DNA from: Malacoraja senta
Lineage: Eukaryota
DNA length: 64,000 bases
Direction of reading: 5' to 3'
Assembly (NCBI GenBank): GCA_038087875.1
Contig: CM075990.1
Span: 11,534,001 to 11,598,000 of the forward strand
Made by a program: the position numbers and the translations under genes. Shown in pieces: positions 1 to 12,148 of this stretch; within the stretch, counting starts at the first letter, position 1; every line of letters begins with the position of its first letter. The notes beneath the pieces are model-generated. The model was not told the DNA's origin and searched no databases. It saw only the letters and a program-made list of their open reading frames with translations.

Positions 1-677
1 AGAAACATGCTAAAAGATTCCTGGTCATAGTATGGGAGGAGCAGTGTTAAGTGGCAATGTCCTGGGAGCGATTAATCTTTTTTAATTTCACTGTCATGAA
101 TTATCAGCAGAGGACAGTGAGATTGTCTCTAATGACCAAGGAATAAATAAGCATCAATCTTTATTCATAGCTCCATTAAAAAGAAATGTGTTATAACTTA
201 CAAATCCGCTCAAGTTGCAATGAACATCTGAGAAGAGAGCAGGGTTTTACAAATTTGTTGGATTATTTGATTTTTTTTTTGCACTTTGTATTAAAACCGA
301 ATAAGCCGACTAATAAGGAGATGGTTTAAATGTTTAAAAAAAATGTAATTAGTATTTAGATTTATTGCATTTGATAACCAAAGTTCCTCATCACATATTT
401 GCCTTTGTTTAGTTCATGGCATTATCTCTACTTTAAATCCTCTGATTGAATTAATTATGTTTTGTAAACACAGAATGTCAGTGGTGATAATTAAGTCTCA
501 ATTTCTCTCAGGCAGCAGAGACCTATTTTCAAGAATTAATTCATAATTAATTCATCCTGTCACACTATTGCAATCACACTGAGCGGGCACAAATATGCCT
601 TCTTCAATAAATGGATCTTCCAAGTAAGAACAGGTGGCCTGTTTTCATCTTTCCCAATCCAAGACACCGAGATTAGT

Positions 678-978
678 GTAGTTTCGAGATACAGTCAGGC
701 CCTTCGGCCCAACGAGTCCACAGCGACAAGCGATCCCCACACATTAACACGATCCTACACACACACACACACTAGGAACAATTTACACTTATACCAAGCT
801 AATTTACCTACAAACCTGTACGTCTTTGGAGTGTGCGAGTAAACCGAAGATCTCGGCGGAAACCCACGCAGGTCACGGGGAGAACGTGCAAACTCTTTAC
901 AGACGGCAGGATCGAACCCGGGTCTCCGGGGCTGCAAGCGCTGTAAGGCAGCAACTCTACTGCTGCACCATCGTGCCG
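678..978 (-). mobile_element. tRNA-derived V-SINE/HE1-type SINE
   Basis: The minus strand reads ggcacgatggtgcagcagtagag (A box), then gggttcgatcc (B box), then gggcctgactgtatctcgaaacta. It matches the other copies in the window. Confidence 0.85.
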
Positions 979-993
979 CCCACAGTTCTGCAC

Positions 994-1135
994 CGAAGAT
1001 AGACACAAATTGCTGGAGTAGCTCTGCAGGGGCAGGCAGCGTCTCTGGAGAGAAGGAATGGGTGACGTTTCCGGTCGAGAATCTTCTTCAGACTGAGAGT
1101 CAGAGGAGAGGGAGTCTAGAGGTATGGAAGGGTAA
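994..1135 (-). mobile_element. Penelope-like element terminal (pLTR) fragment
   Basis: gaagatagacacaaattgctggagtag...gggtgacgtttccggtcgagaatcttcttcagact is the same terminal block that follows the GIY-YIG ORF at 35312-35597. Confidence 0.75.
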
Positions 1136-2479
1136 CCTAGTTATGCAATTCTGTGTATACTGCTCAGTCCTCTTGTTTCATCATGTCACCGAGTGTTAAT
1201 TTAATCCTCATTTTCTTTTATTTTCAATGCAACAATTAACACTATTCCTTTAACTTTGTTTCTTGACAGTGCCATGCCTCTGAGAACAATCAATTACGTG
1301 GGTACCAGACGCTGCTGCATGGCATTCATCAATGCCACCACCAACGCACGAATAAATGTCTATTATAAGGTTATCTGGCCAGTTGTCACACATTGGCGTA
1401 GCAGATGCTCCAAATGAGATAGTAAATGGTGACCATGTTTGCATCTTTCACTGACTTATACAGCACGGAAACAGGCCCTTTGGCCCACCATGCCTATGCC
1501 AACTTATCTGTACTATTTCTATTTACCAGCGCTTAGTCCTACTCTATGTCTTGTTGATTCATACAGATGATTCTTAAAGGTTGTAAGAACACCTGCTTCC
1601 ATCAACCTCTCCGCACTATGTTCCACCACCCTCCAGAAGAAAAAAATCTCTCAGATCCCTTCTAACTCCTCACTTTAAACTTATGGCCTTAGGTCTCAGA
1701 CACCTCGGCAACGTGGAAAGGTTTTCTACTATCTACACTGTGCATCATTTCCAACCATTACTGGATCTTTTTATTCCAATGGGTCTGTAAGAATAACTTT
1801 ACGCAATCTTCAAATGTTAAAGAATGTTTGTCAAACCTCCTTAATGAGCAATGGGAATCACCAATAAAATGCAATTTTGCCAGCACTACCTGCATTATTA
1901 AAATTATACCTCAGTGAAGTAGGACATAGTTATGTGGTGCATAGTCACTTACAAGGAACCGTGTTTTCATAGAGATTGGGTATCGCAGAGTATTTTGTGT
2001 TCTGCGCTGTTTTAGCGAGTTGGGCAAACAAATGGTCATCTTTTTGTCCAATTCCAGAACACCTCTGGGAAAACCCACGCAAGTCAAAAAATCTACGTTA
2101 ACACCTGAAATTAACCAAGGTTCTGCCTGTGCAGGTCGATGTGATAGGTCCCAGGTGACCCTTTGAAGGGCAGTGATGTTATCTTATTCCTGGTGCAGAG
2201 GTGAATACACATCCCACAATTAGGGCCTTTAAAGCCAGATTGCTGCTGGGATTTTGAAAATGGTGCCATAACCTGGCATCTCTTGCATATACAGTAGACT
2301 CAGTGGGCTATTTCTATGCACTTGATACTTATTCGGGCATGGCACTTGTGGATCTTTGTGATCTATATATGCAATAAAAGAATTTCACTGTACTTTGGTA
2401 GGCATAATAATAAAACACTACACCTTTGACATTACACGTCATAAAAACACCACACGGGGAATGCATCCTGAAACATTAA

Positions 2480-2741
2480 AGGGCCTGTCCCACTTTCCCG
2501 AGTTACTCACGAATTCTCCCGGGTTTTCCCCTTGATTCAAACTCGGAGATGCCAGCCGTAGGTACTTGGGAGTGAAATGCTGAAAAAACGTCCCGACTTA
2601 CCCGATGCCCCGAGTACCTACGGCTGGCATTACGAGCCGCTACGAAATATCTACGGGACTCCTACGGACATTCTCCGAGTTTGAATCAAGGGGAAAACTC
2701 GGGAGAATTCGTGAGTAACTCGGGAAAGTGGGACAGCCCCT
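2480..2741. mobile_element. PIF/Harbinger-type MITE
   Basis: About 68-bp terminal inverted repeats starting AGGGCCTGTCCCAC, with TAA on both flanks (2477-2479, 2742-2744). Confidence 0.85.
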
Positions 2742-2867
2742 TAACTCTGCTTCTCTTTCCACGGATGCTGTCCAACCAGTTGACTGTTTCTGGAATTTTC
2801 TGTTTTTATTTTAGATTTTCGGTATTTGCAGTTTTATTTTGATTTACACCATCTGTTGATTATCAAT

Positions 2868-3015
2868 GTGGCTCTCAGTGGGAGCTGCACAATTTGGTTG
2901 CACTTGCAATAGCAGTGACAACAGTTGACAACCATTTCATTGGCCTGCGAGTCTCTTTGGTCTGAATAAACCCAGAGGTTTTGAAATGCGCTGTTGAAAA
3001 TCGATTCTTACTTTT
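2868..3015 (+). mobile_element. Degraded Deu-SINE (SacSINE1/AmnSINE1-like) 3' tail
   Basis: gctgcacaatttggttg...gcagtgac...ttcattggc...gaggttttgaaatgcgct resembles the Deu-SINE tail as I remember it; it is highly diverged. Confidence 0.5.
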
Positions 3016-3194
3016 GTTTCTGTTTTCCAGCCCAGAATCAATCGATCAAACAATAAAACACTTGTTTGTTCTACAATTGGTTATGGAAGAAATAACTCAG
3101 AGGATGAACCTCTTGGAGTAACAATGGCATGCGAAGGAGAGGCAGTGATACCTCCGAGGTTTTACCTATCCAGATCCAGCCACAGGGCAGCACT

Positions 3195-3882
3195 GTGGCC
3201 CAACGGTAGAGTTGCTGCTTTACAGTGCTTGAGATGTGGGTTTGATCCCCACTACGGGTGCTGTTTGTACATTCTCCCCGTGACCCCGTTTCTCTTCATA
3301 GAAACTTACAAAATTCTTAAGGGGTTGGACAGGCTAAATGCAGGAAGATTGTTCCCGATGTTGGGGAAGTCCAGAACAAGGGGTCACAGTTTAAGGATAA
3401 GAGGGAAGTCTTTTAGGACCGAGACGAGAAAAACATTTTTTCACACAGAGAGTGGTGAATCTCTGGAACTCTCTGCCACAGAAGGTAGTTGAGGCCAGTT
3501 CATTGGCTATATTTAAGAGGGAGTTAGATGTGGCCCTTGTGGCTAAGGGGATCAGGGGGTATGGAGAGAAGGCAGGTACAGGATACTGAGTTGGATGATC
3601 AGCCATGATCATATTGAATGGCGGTGCAGGCTCGAAGGGCCGCATGGCCTACTCCTGCACCTATTTTCTATGTTTCTATGACTTGCGTGGGTTTTCCCAG
3701 AGATGTTCGGTTTCCTACCACACTCTAAAGACATACAGGTTGTATAGGTTAATTGGTTTGGTATAAATGTAAATTGTCCCTAGTGCGTGTAGGATAGTGT
3801 TAACGTGTGGGAATCGCTGGTTGTTGTGGACTCGGTGGGCTAAAGGGCCGGTTTCCGCGCAGTATCTCCAAAGTAAAAGTAG
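3195..3882 (+). mobile_element. V-SINE/HE1-type SINE split by a CR1 insertion
   Basis: The SINE head runs to ...ctccccgtgacc (about 3286) and resumes with acttgcgtgggttttc at about 3681. Confidence 0.8.
3290..3680 (+). mobile_element. CR1-type LINE 3' fragment
   Basis: Peptide IETYKILKGLDRLNAGRLFPMLGKSRTRGHSL (CR1 ORF2 C-terminus) and the tail ...cctactcctgcacctattttctatgtttctatg. Confidence 0.9.
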
Positions 3883-4568
3883 GATACAAAGGTAGAGCCT
3901 CACACACCTTCATATCCATTTAGAAGCCTCCCCAGTTTCTCTCAACATCAACTCTAAACCCTACTCTGACAGCAATTATCTTCAAAGATCTCACTATGGG
4001 GCAGATACCTCTGCTAAGAAACATCAAGTAATTAAGATTGACCAATTAGACAAATGGAGAAAGCGAATAGGTTCATAACTTCTAGGAGCAGAATAAGGCC
4101 ATTCGGCCATTCAATCATGGCTGATCTATCTTTCCCTCTCGACCCCATTCTTCACCCCATACCCCCTGACACCCTTACTAATCAAGAACCAGTCAATCTC
4201 CACCTTAAAAATATCCATTGACTTGGCCTCCAGAGCCATCTGTGGCAATGAATTCCACAGATTCACCACCCACTGACGAATTCCTAGCTAATCTCAAAAT
4301 TCTGATTATGGACACTAATCTGCCAAATCCTCCATATGTTTAACTTTACCCCATATGTCTAGCGTTACAATCTGTGTTTAACAATATTTTATTTGACACA
4401 TTGTGCATTGGCAGAGTCTTGATAACAAATTATCATTCACTCCAACTAAATCACCATGGAAAACGATAGAGTTTCTTGTAGGTGCCTTCAAATCTTTGGG
4501 AACTCACTGATGTGGGCAAAGCGATGCATCTTTATAAAGGGGAATGTTTGGAATGCCCATTTTGTAGT

Positions 4569-4813
4569 CAGTTCAGGTCAGGGGGAGTTCCCCCCACCAC
4601 GACTACCATGTAATCCCGTGCTACCTGCTCCATGGTCGGATAGTCGGCGACTAAACCGTCTCCCCCACCTGGTTTGCCAGGTGAGGAGGGGGCTGTGGAC
4701 CCCCAGCAGGACCAAAAACAAGACCTGTCAAAGGGCGGGTGAGCTTCTAGCGAGCCAACGGCCATCCACACTTCAGTAGAAGTTGCGATCACTTCCATAC
4801 ATAGCATCGTAAG
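4569..4813. repeat. Unclassified GC-rich interspersed repeat, copy 1
   Basis: Homologous, in inverted orientation, to 62652-62897. Confidence 0.75.
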
Positions 4814-5535
4814 GAGTGAAGAACATGAAATGTAATTCTTCCCTCTCCTTGCTTCTCAAAAGAGAGGTTGTTAATAATAAATAAAACAAAATTGTAGGAG
4901 AAGATAGCAATTTGTCAATTTGTTCCAAGTCGTGCTTCTCTGCAAACAAAGGCATTGATAATGATTTTACAATCAATGACTTGGTCATTGCACCATTCAT
5001 TTGAAGACTGGGCAAAACTAATCACTTACATAATTTGAACAGAACGGCAGTAATTCAATGACTTGTAACTTCATGACCATTTAGCTGGTGACATGAATTT
5101 ATCTGTCAGTCGCCGATTGTTCAGTAATGGGAGTTTCAGACGCTATCATTTGCTGCTCAGAGAAAGGGTGGAGGTTAGAAATAGGGAAGTATTGTTACAA
5201 CTGCACTGGGGACTGATGACACCATATCTGGAGTGCAGTCGATAGTTTTGTGCAATTGTGACACAACGTCCTAATTTCTCAATCCAACTTGCTTACTGAT
5301 GAAGGCAACACACTCTTCCCTGCCTTGCCCACCTGTGATGCCACTTTCATGAACTAGTCAAGAGTATTTTATTGTCATATGTCCCAAATAGAAAAATGAA
5401 ATTCTTACTTGCTGCAGCACAACAGAATATGTAAACATAGTACACTGTAAACAATATAATAAAAGGAGAAAAAAAATTCAATATATACACACATGCACAC
5501 AAAAAACTAACAATAATAATGCAATAATAGTTTAA

Positions 5536-6104
5536 AGGGCCACTTAGGCTAATTTTTAGGCGACTGTCATAGTCGTAGCAGGTCGCCGAAAAACTGGCGA
5601 CTGTACCCCCCACGACAATGTCTACGACAAGCAACAACAACCTACCACCTAGTCGACGTCAAGGTACGGCAAGCTACCTACAACCAGCGATCCATTAGGA
5701 CGTCCAACTACGACAACACAGGCGTCAACCTACAACAGCCGAAGTCAACCTACGTCCACCCACAACAAGCTGCGACCTTGTCGGCGACAACTAAAGACAA
5801 TTCAGTCGGCGGTAGATGTAGGTAGTCGCTAATGGAATTCACCGAAGTCAGCACCGGCGAAAACCTATGTCACCTGGCGATAACCTACGACCGCACCTCC
5901 ATCTGAAGTCAAGCTACGCTAATTGGTATGAACCCATTGTCGCCGAAAAATGTTGAACATGTTGAAAATCCAGCGGCGACCAGAAAGATGCTACGACTAT
6001 TTGGGCGACTGAGGAGACTAATCACGACTATGCTGGCGACACCCTGGCGACCATGTGGTGACAGCCTAGTTGCCTGAAAAAACAGCCTAAGTGGGATAGG
6101 CCCT
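5536..6104. mobile_element. PIF/Harbinger-type MITE (different interior, decayed left TIR)
   Basis: Left end agggc(..)cacttaggct, right end agcctaagtgggataggccct. The interior is rich in CTACGAC motifs. Confidence 0.7.
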
Positions 6105-7980
6105 CACGTCCTGTCTTGTTTTTTCTTACCAAAATGTAACACCTCCACATTTGTCCAAATTAAACTCCATCTGCCATTCTTCAGCCCATCGGCCCAGTTA
6201 ATCAAAATATATTATTATTTTAGATAAACTTTTTTTTACTCACCAATGTTAATGTCATCCTCAAATTTACAAACGTGCCAACTCAAAAGTGGCTGGCATT
6301 GCATCATCCCACATTATATTCCATTTATCGACTAATTGTCCATTCCCTGAATCTTTCGCCATTCCTTTGCATACTCTTGTGTCCTCCTTTCAACTTGATT
6401 TCCCACCTATCTTCTTATCATCATGGCTACAGAACACTTGGTCCCTTCAATCATATAGATTGAAAGCAGCTGAACCCCCAGCTCTGATGCCTGTGCCTGT
6501 TGGATGCCTGATTGTCAATCTGAAAATGATCCATTTCACCCAATTTTCTGTTTCTGTTAATTTGCTGTCTACTACTCATGGGAATATACCAACTGTAACC
6601 CTGAACACTCTGAGTCACAGCAAGACACAGCACACAGAGATGCCTTCCACCCCACTAATTCCCCACAGAACATCGAGCACCCATTTTCAGTAATTCCCCC
6701 TTTGTTCTTCCCATTTTTACATCAACCACCCCAGACTCTACCACTCAGCAACACACAAGAGGCTATATACAGCAGTAATTAGCTGACAAATGTGCAAACG
6801 TCACCCATTCCTTCTCTCCAGATATGCTGCCAGACCTGCTGAGTTACTCCAGCATTTTGTGTCTATCTTGGGTGGAAACCAGCATCTGCAGTTCCTCCCA
6901 ACAAATTTTTGAATGTGGGTGGAAACTGAAGTACCTGGAACCGGAATCCTACAAGAAGAAGAAGAAGAAGAAGTACATGGAAGAAACTCCTCAGCCACAA
7001 GATCAGGTAATCTCAACACCGGAGGTCAGGATTGAACCCAATTTTTTGGAGCTGGTGGCTGCAAGTTGTATGCTGTTCTGCCTCTAATCTAGTGCAATGT
7101 CCTTTTATGTGGCACCTTACCTTGCACCAAATGTTATTCTTGCACTAAATGTTATTCCCTTTATCCTGCTTCTGCTCACTGTGGGCAGCTTGACTGTCAT
7201 CATATATAGTCTTTTTACTGACCGGATAGCACGCAACAACAAAGGCTTTTGACTGTACCCTGGTACATGTGACAATAGTAAACTAAACTAACTGATCAAA
7301 TGCCTTCTGGAAATCTCATTAATACTTCATGTTCCCCTTTGTCCACCTGGTTTAATACATTCTCAAAGAACTCTAGCGAATTTGCCAAACATAATTTTAC
7401 TTTCATAAAACCATTATGCCTCTATTTGATGTTCAGCATGTCCTGCTCTTGCTACTTAAAAATGGATCCCTGCCCTCACCCGAAAACAGGTGATAGAATA
7501 ATAGTCCTGAACCTCCCTATATTGTGTCTTCCTCTTTGCTTGAATGACGGAACATTCATTCTTAGAGTATTAATTCATACACCGAGAAAGGTAGTTTTGC
7601 ATTTGGGTTAAGGTTAAGACTTTTTATCTTGTGAAACAGAAACTACAAAGCAATGAAAGCTATATGGAGGTTGCTTGATGAGGTACCTGATATAGGTGAT
7701 CCATAGCACAAACTTAGAGCTCAGTACAGACTTGCGTTCAGGCTCAACCTTCACTGAATTGCCTGATTCCAATTGAAGGAAGGAGTAGGCTCAGTGTAAT
7801 TATCTGAGTCGAGGATAAAGACCAGTCCAGGGCCCAGTGCACCATGTGAACAGAGAGTTAAAATGACAATGGACCAGGTGTGACATTTCTGAATACCTTA
7901 CTGAGGGATAGGGTAAATCTATTAAAAAAAGAAGGGAAAATGCATGTATTTTGTGCCTTTCACATCCTCAGAATATTCCA

Positions 7981-8330
7981 GAACTGCAAATGCCAGTTTA
8001 CATCAAAAGACACAAAGTGCTGAAGTAACTCAGCAGGTTCCCTATCCATGTTGTTCAAGGTGAAGCCACTGAACAGCACTTTAAATTGTTCCTATGTTAG
8101 GGATCGATTGCTCTGAATGTCTGTTTTAGTTCCATTTTAGTTCTACTTGAGAGATGATAATTTTTAACTTGTAAGTATTTATTTCTGTTTTTATTAATTG
8201 CACTGATGACAAAACTGATGAGAAACATTTTTTTGTTTCTTCTGTGTATGCAAGTACTCAGTGAACTGACAATAAAGTGAATACTGAATACTGAGATGCT
8301 GCCTGAGTTACTCCAGCATTGTGTGTCTTT
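7981..8330. mobile_element. Penelope-derived fold-back insertion with a nested LINE tail
   Basis: Inverted Penelope terminal arms, flanked by ctcagaatat(t/c)cca at 7967-7980 and 8331-8344. The inner part (about 8055-8292) ends caataaagtgaatactgaatactga. Confidence 0.65.
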
Positions 8331-10028
8331 CTCAGAATATCCCAAGCCGTTTTGTCAGTCAGTGAATTATGACTGAAGCACATGTGAGGAAAAACCCTGT
8401 TGGAAATCTAAAGCAAGTTCAGACAACGCTCAGTGTCTGACAGTATAGCCAACATTTAAGGTTGATGCCCCGATGAACACTTATTGATTTTCAATGTTAA
8501 TTCTGTTCTCGTCTGCATCTGCAGAGTATTTACATCTGATCTGCTGTGTGTTTACAGCCTTCACCGCAATCTCTCAGCTGGGACCGTTACCTCTATGTGT
8601 CATTCTTTCTCTCCCATGCGTACCCAATGACAGACATATTTCACCCTTCTACCTTCTCTGCAATTTAAAATTGTTTCACATCTGACTTCCCCTGAATCTC
8701 ATGAGAAGTGATTAACCTTTCAATTTTATTCTTTTTTTCTGCCCTCTGGGCAACGTTGATCTGGCCAGCATTTGTTGCCTGTCCCTAATTGACCTTGAGA
8801 GGGTTGTAAGGATTGAGCTGTTGCAAACCTTCTGCTCAGGGTTCTCACGCAGCGCTGTTGGGGTGGAAGATCCAGCAACAATGAAGAACCAGTGATATAT
8901 TTCCAAGTCAAGGGTGTTTTATTGTCATATGTCCTAAAGCAGAATAATGAAATTCTTACTTGTAGCGGCACGACAATATGTCAACACAATACTCTGTAAA
9001 GCCTGCAACAAAAAACAAAAGAAAAAAAATCAGTATATACAAAAAGCAAGCAATAAAAGTGCAAAAATAAAGCCCTCACTATATAGTTCTGAGCCTATTA
9101 GTTTAGTATATTGTCACGTGTACCGAGGTACAGTGAAAAGATTTTGTTTTGTGCTACCCAGGCAGCACACAACACAATTAGCAGTATGTATATCATATAT
9201 GGCAGTATGTAACCTGCAAGCAATGATATTCCCAAATACCTGCTGCCCTTGTCCTTCTCGGTGGTGAGATCATGGGTTGAAGGGTCTCGACACAAAACGT
9301 CACCTATTCGTTCTCTCCAGAGATGCTGCCTGTCCCGCTGAGTTACTCCAGCAATGTTTGTCTATCACGGGTTGACACATGCTGGATCAGGGGGTCGTCA
9401 ATTGAGTAACTGCAAAGATTTTTGAAGATGATGCACATTCGCAGTCACTCTGTATTAGTTGGAATGGTTGAGGTGATGCCAATTAAGTGGCCTGCTTCGT
9501 CCTGGATGATATTTTGAGAGTTATTGGAGCTGCACTCATCCAGCCAAATGGAGAATATTTGACCACATTTCTGATTTGAATGTGAGATGAGACTTGTCAG
9601 GTAGTGAGTCACTTGCTGCTGGATACTCAGTTTCTGACCTTCTCATGTAGCTATCACATTATGCAGCTGGTACAGTTGAGCTTCTGGTCCATGATGAGCA
9701 GTATGTTAGCAGAGGCTTAGTAATGCTAGTGCCATTGAAGGTCAAGGATAAGTAGTTCAATCTAATTTTCTTCCAAGATGGCACTGCATTCCTCTTTTGT
9801 GGTGCAAAGAATACTTGCCACTTATCAGCCCATGTCTGAATGCGGCCTTGGTCTTGTTTCATTTGTTGAAAAATTCTGAATAGGTTTTAAAACTGTAATC
9901 CTCAGCAAATATCCCCACCTCTGATCTTTTGATGTAAGGAAGATTATTGATGAAGCACCCGAAGATAAATAGGTCCAGGACACGTCCTGAGGATCCTCTT
10001 TATTAGTTTAGTTTAGTTTAATTTAGTT

Positions 10029-10241
10029 TAGGAAGGAATTGCAGATGCTGGTTTACACCGAAGATAGACACAAAATGCGGGAACAACTCAAGGGGACAGG
10101 CAGCATCTCTGGAGAGAAGGAATAGGTGACGTTATCGGGTCGAGAGTCTGAAGAAGGGTCTCGACCCAAAACGTCACCCATTCCTTTTCTCCAGAGATGC
10201 TGCCTGTCCCACTGAGTTACTCCAGCACTTTGTGTCTATCT
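10029..10241. mobile_element. Penelope-derived fold-back insertion
   Basis: Two inverted arms meet at cgagagtctgaagaagggtctcg. It is inserted in a (TTTAG)n tract. Confidence 0.8.
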
Positions 10242-10619
10242 TTAGTTTAGTTTGATTTAGTTTATTATTATTCACGTGTACCGTACATTCACGTGTACCA
10301 AGATACAGTGAAAAGGTTTGTTGTTGTTGCGTGCTATCTAGTCAGTGATTCAGGTTGCTGATTTCAATCGAGCTCTCCGCTGTGCAGCGATGTCTGTGGG
10401 CGTAAGATACTTGGTCTCCAATAAGCAGCATCTTTATTTTGTGTGAGGTATGACTAATCTTTGGAATATTTTCCCTTTGATGTCCTTTGACCAGCTTTAC
10501 TTGGGCCCTTTGATGCTAGATTTGGTTAAATCCTGCATGATGCCAAAGGGCAGTCTCTCACTCTCTCTCACCTCTGAAATTCATTTATTATGTCAGTGAG
10601 AAACTGATGGCATTCAGTG

Positions 10620-10908
10620 TCATTTAGAGATTCAGCGTGGAAACAGGCCCTTCGGCCCACCAAGTCTGCGCCGACCAGCCATCTAATACTATCTATATAC
10701 TGGGTTACAATTTATAAATTTCACCAAAGCCAAATTAACCTACAAACCTGTACGTCTTTGAGGTGTGAGAGAAAACCGGAGTACTCGGAGAAAACCCACG
10801 TGGTCATAGGGAGAACATACAAACTCCGTACAGACAGCACCCGTAGTCAGGATCGAACCTGGGTCTCTGGCACTGTTAGGCAGCAACTCTACCACTGCGC
10901 CACCGTGC
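10620..10908 (-). mobile_element. V-SINE/HE1-type SINE
   Basis: Near full-length copy, with A and B boxes on the minus strand. Confidence 0.85.
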
Positions 10909-11943
10909 TGCATTGTTGATGGCACCTTCCATCACTTTTGTTGATGATTGAGAGAAGACTGGTTTGGCAATAATGAACCAGATTGGATCTGTCCTAATTT
11001 AGAAATCTGTCCTTAATTTAAAAATAGGACATACCTGGGTAATATTCTTCCTTTGCAGGTAGATGTACAGGTTGTAACTGTGCTGGAACAGCTTGGTCGA
11101 GATGCGGCTGGTTTTCAGGAGAAGGATTCAGTACTACAGTTGTCTGGTCCCATAGCTTATGCTCTCAGTCAGTGGTAGATCTCACATGAAAATTGAATTG
11201 GCTTCTGCGTCCTTGGGGATCGCAGGATGAAGTCAAGCTGGATCATCCACTTGGCACTTCGGTCTGAAGTATGAAGTCTATTTCTCTCTCTCTCTCTGCA
11301 GATGCCATCTCATCTGTAAATGATTTCAATCATTTACTGTTCTTATTTCAGGTTTCCATCACTTGCAGGATAGTGACATTTGGGTATTTACACCATTGCC
11401 AGGTTTAACCTGGTGTTGGCCCCATTGCAGAAGCGTCCACGTCGCGGGGCTGGAAACTGGAAGTATCCCGAGCTAATTCTGCTACCACCATCATCTACTG
11501 AGACAAGTGATGGCTTCCTCTGATTGTTGCCGGAAGCTTGCGTCCTTTTCAGGACGGACGATGACAGCGAGGTCAACATTTGTAACAAGATGGACACAAA
11601 AAGAAGAAGCAGACCTGGATTGGAAGTGGAGATGCCTTTGGCCACACGACACCTGGTTTCCAGATAGAAAACTCTGAGTGATGATATAATGACTGGATAA
11701 GTTACTCATGGAACAGCGTGGCAGGGAACTTCCATGGATCATGCTATGTATAATTTGTCCATGACATTACAACATTGAGCACCCTTTAAATCTAATTCAT
11801 CAGATCTGCCTAATTCTATCTCAAAGCAATAAAGAGCAAAATATCTTTTAAAAGACCATGCGAGGCCCTCCTCTTCACATAGCACAGTGTTGAGCTCAGA
11901 CCCGTGAATGTTCTACCATTCAGTCGACCACACACTATTCTGA

Positions 11944-12148
11944 AGGTATCACGAAGTGCTGGAGTAACTCAGCGGGACAGGCAGCATCTCTGGATAGAAG
12001 GAATGGGTGGCGTTTTGGGTCAAGACCCTTCCTCACCCCGAAACGTCGCCCATTCCTTCTCTGCAGAGATGCTGCCTGTCCCGCTGAGTTACTCCAGCAT
12101 TTTGTGTCTATCTTCGGTTTAAAGCAGCATCTGCAGTTTCTTCCTACA
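11944..12148. mobile_element. Penelope-derived fold-back insertion with 14-bp TSD
   Basis: Inverted arms, with acacactattctga at 11930-11943 and 12149-12162. Confidence 0.85.

Larger units (their letters stand above)
8745..11270 (-). mobile_element. Old, fragmented CR1-like LINE interrupted by younger repeats
   Basis: Minus-strand peptide QDQGRIQTWADKWQVFFAPQK (9659-9862) is typical of the post-RT region of CR1/L2-group LINEs. Boundaries are approximate. Confidence 0.55.

Noticed and set aside
8055..8292. Possible host-sequence capture inside a Penelope hairpin
   Set aside because: The inner segment ends in AATAAA plus tandem TACTGAA, so it is a later nested LINE tail.
11540..11670. Possible coding exon after the acceptor-like tccttttcag (TDDDSEVNICNKMDTKRR...)
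   Set aside because: The frame is short and ends in a stop, I recognise no homology, and there are no partner exons. RNA-seq would be needed.
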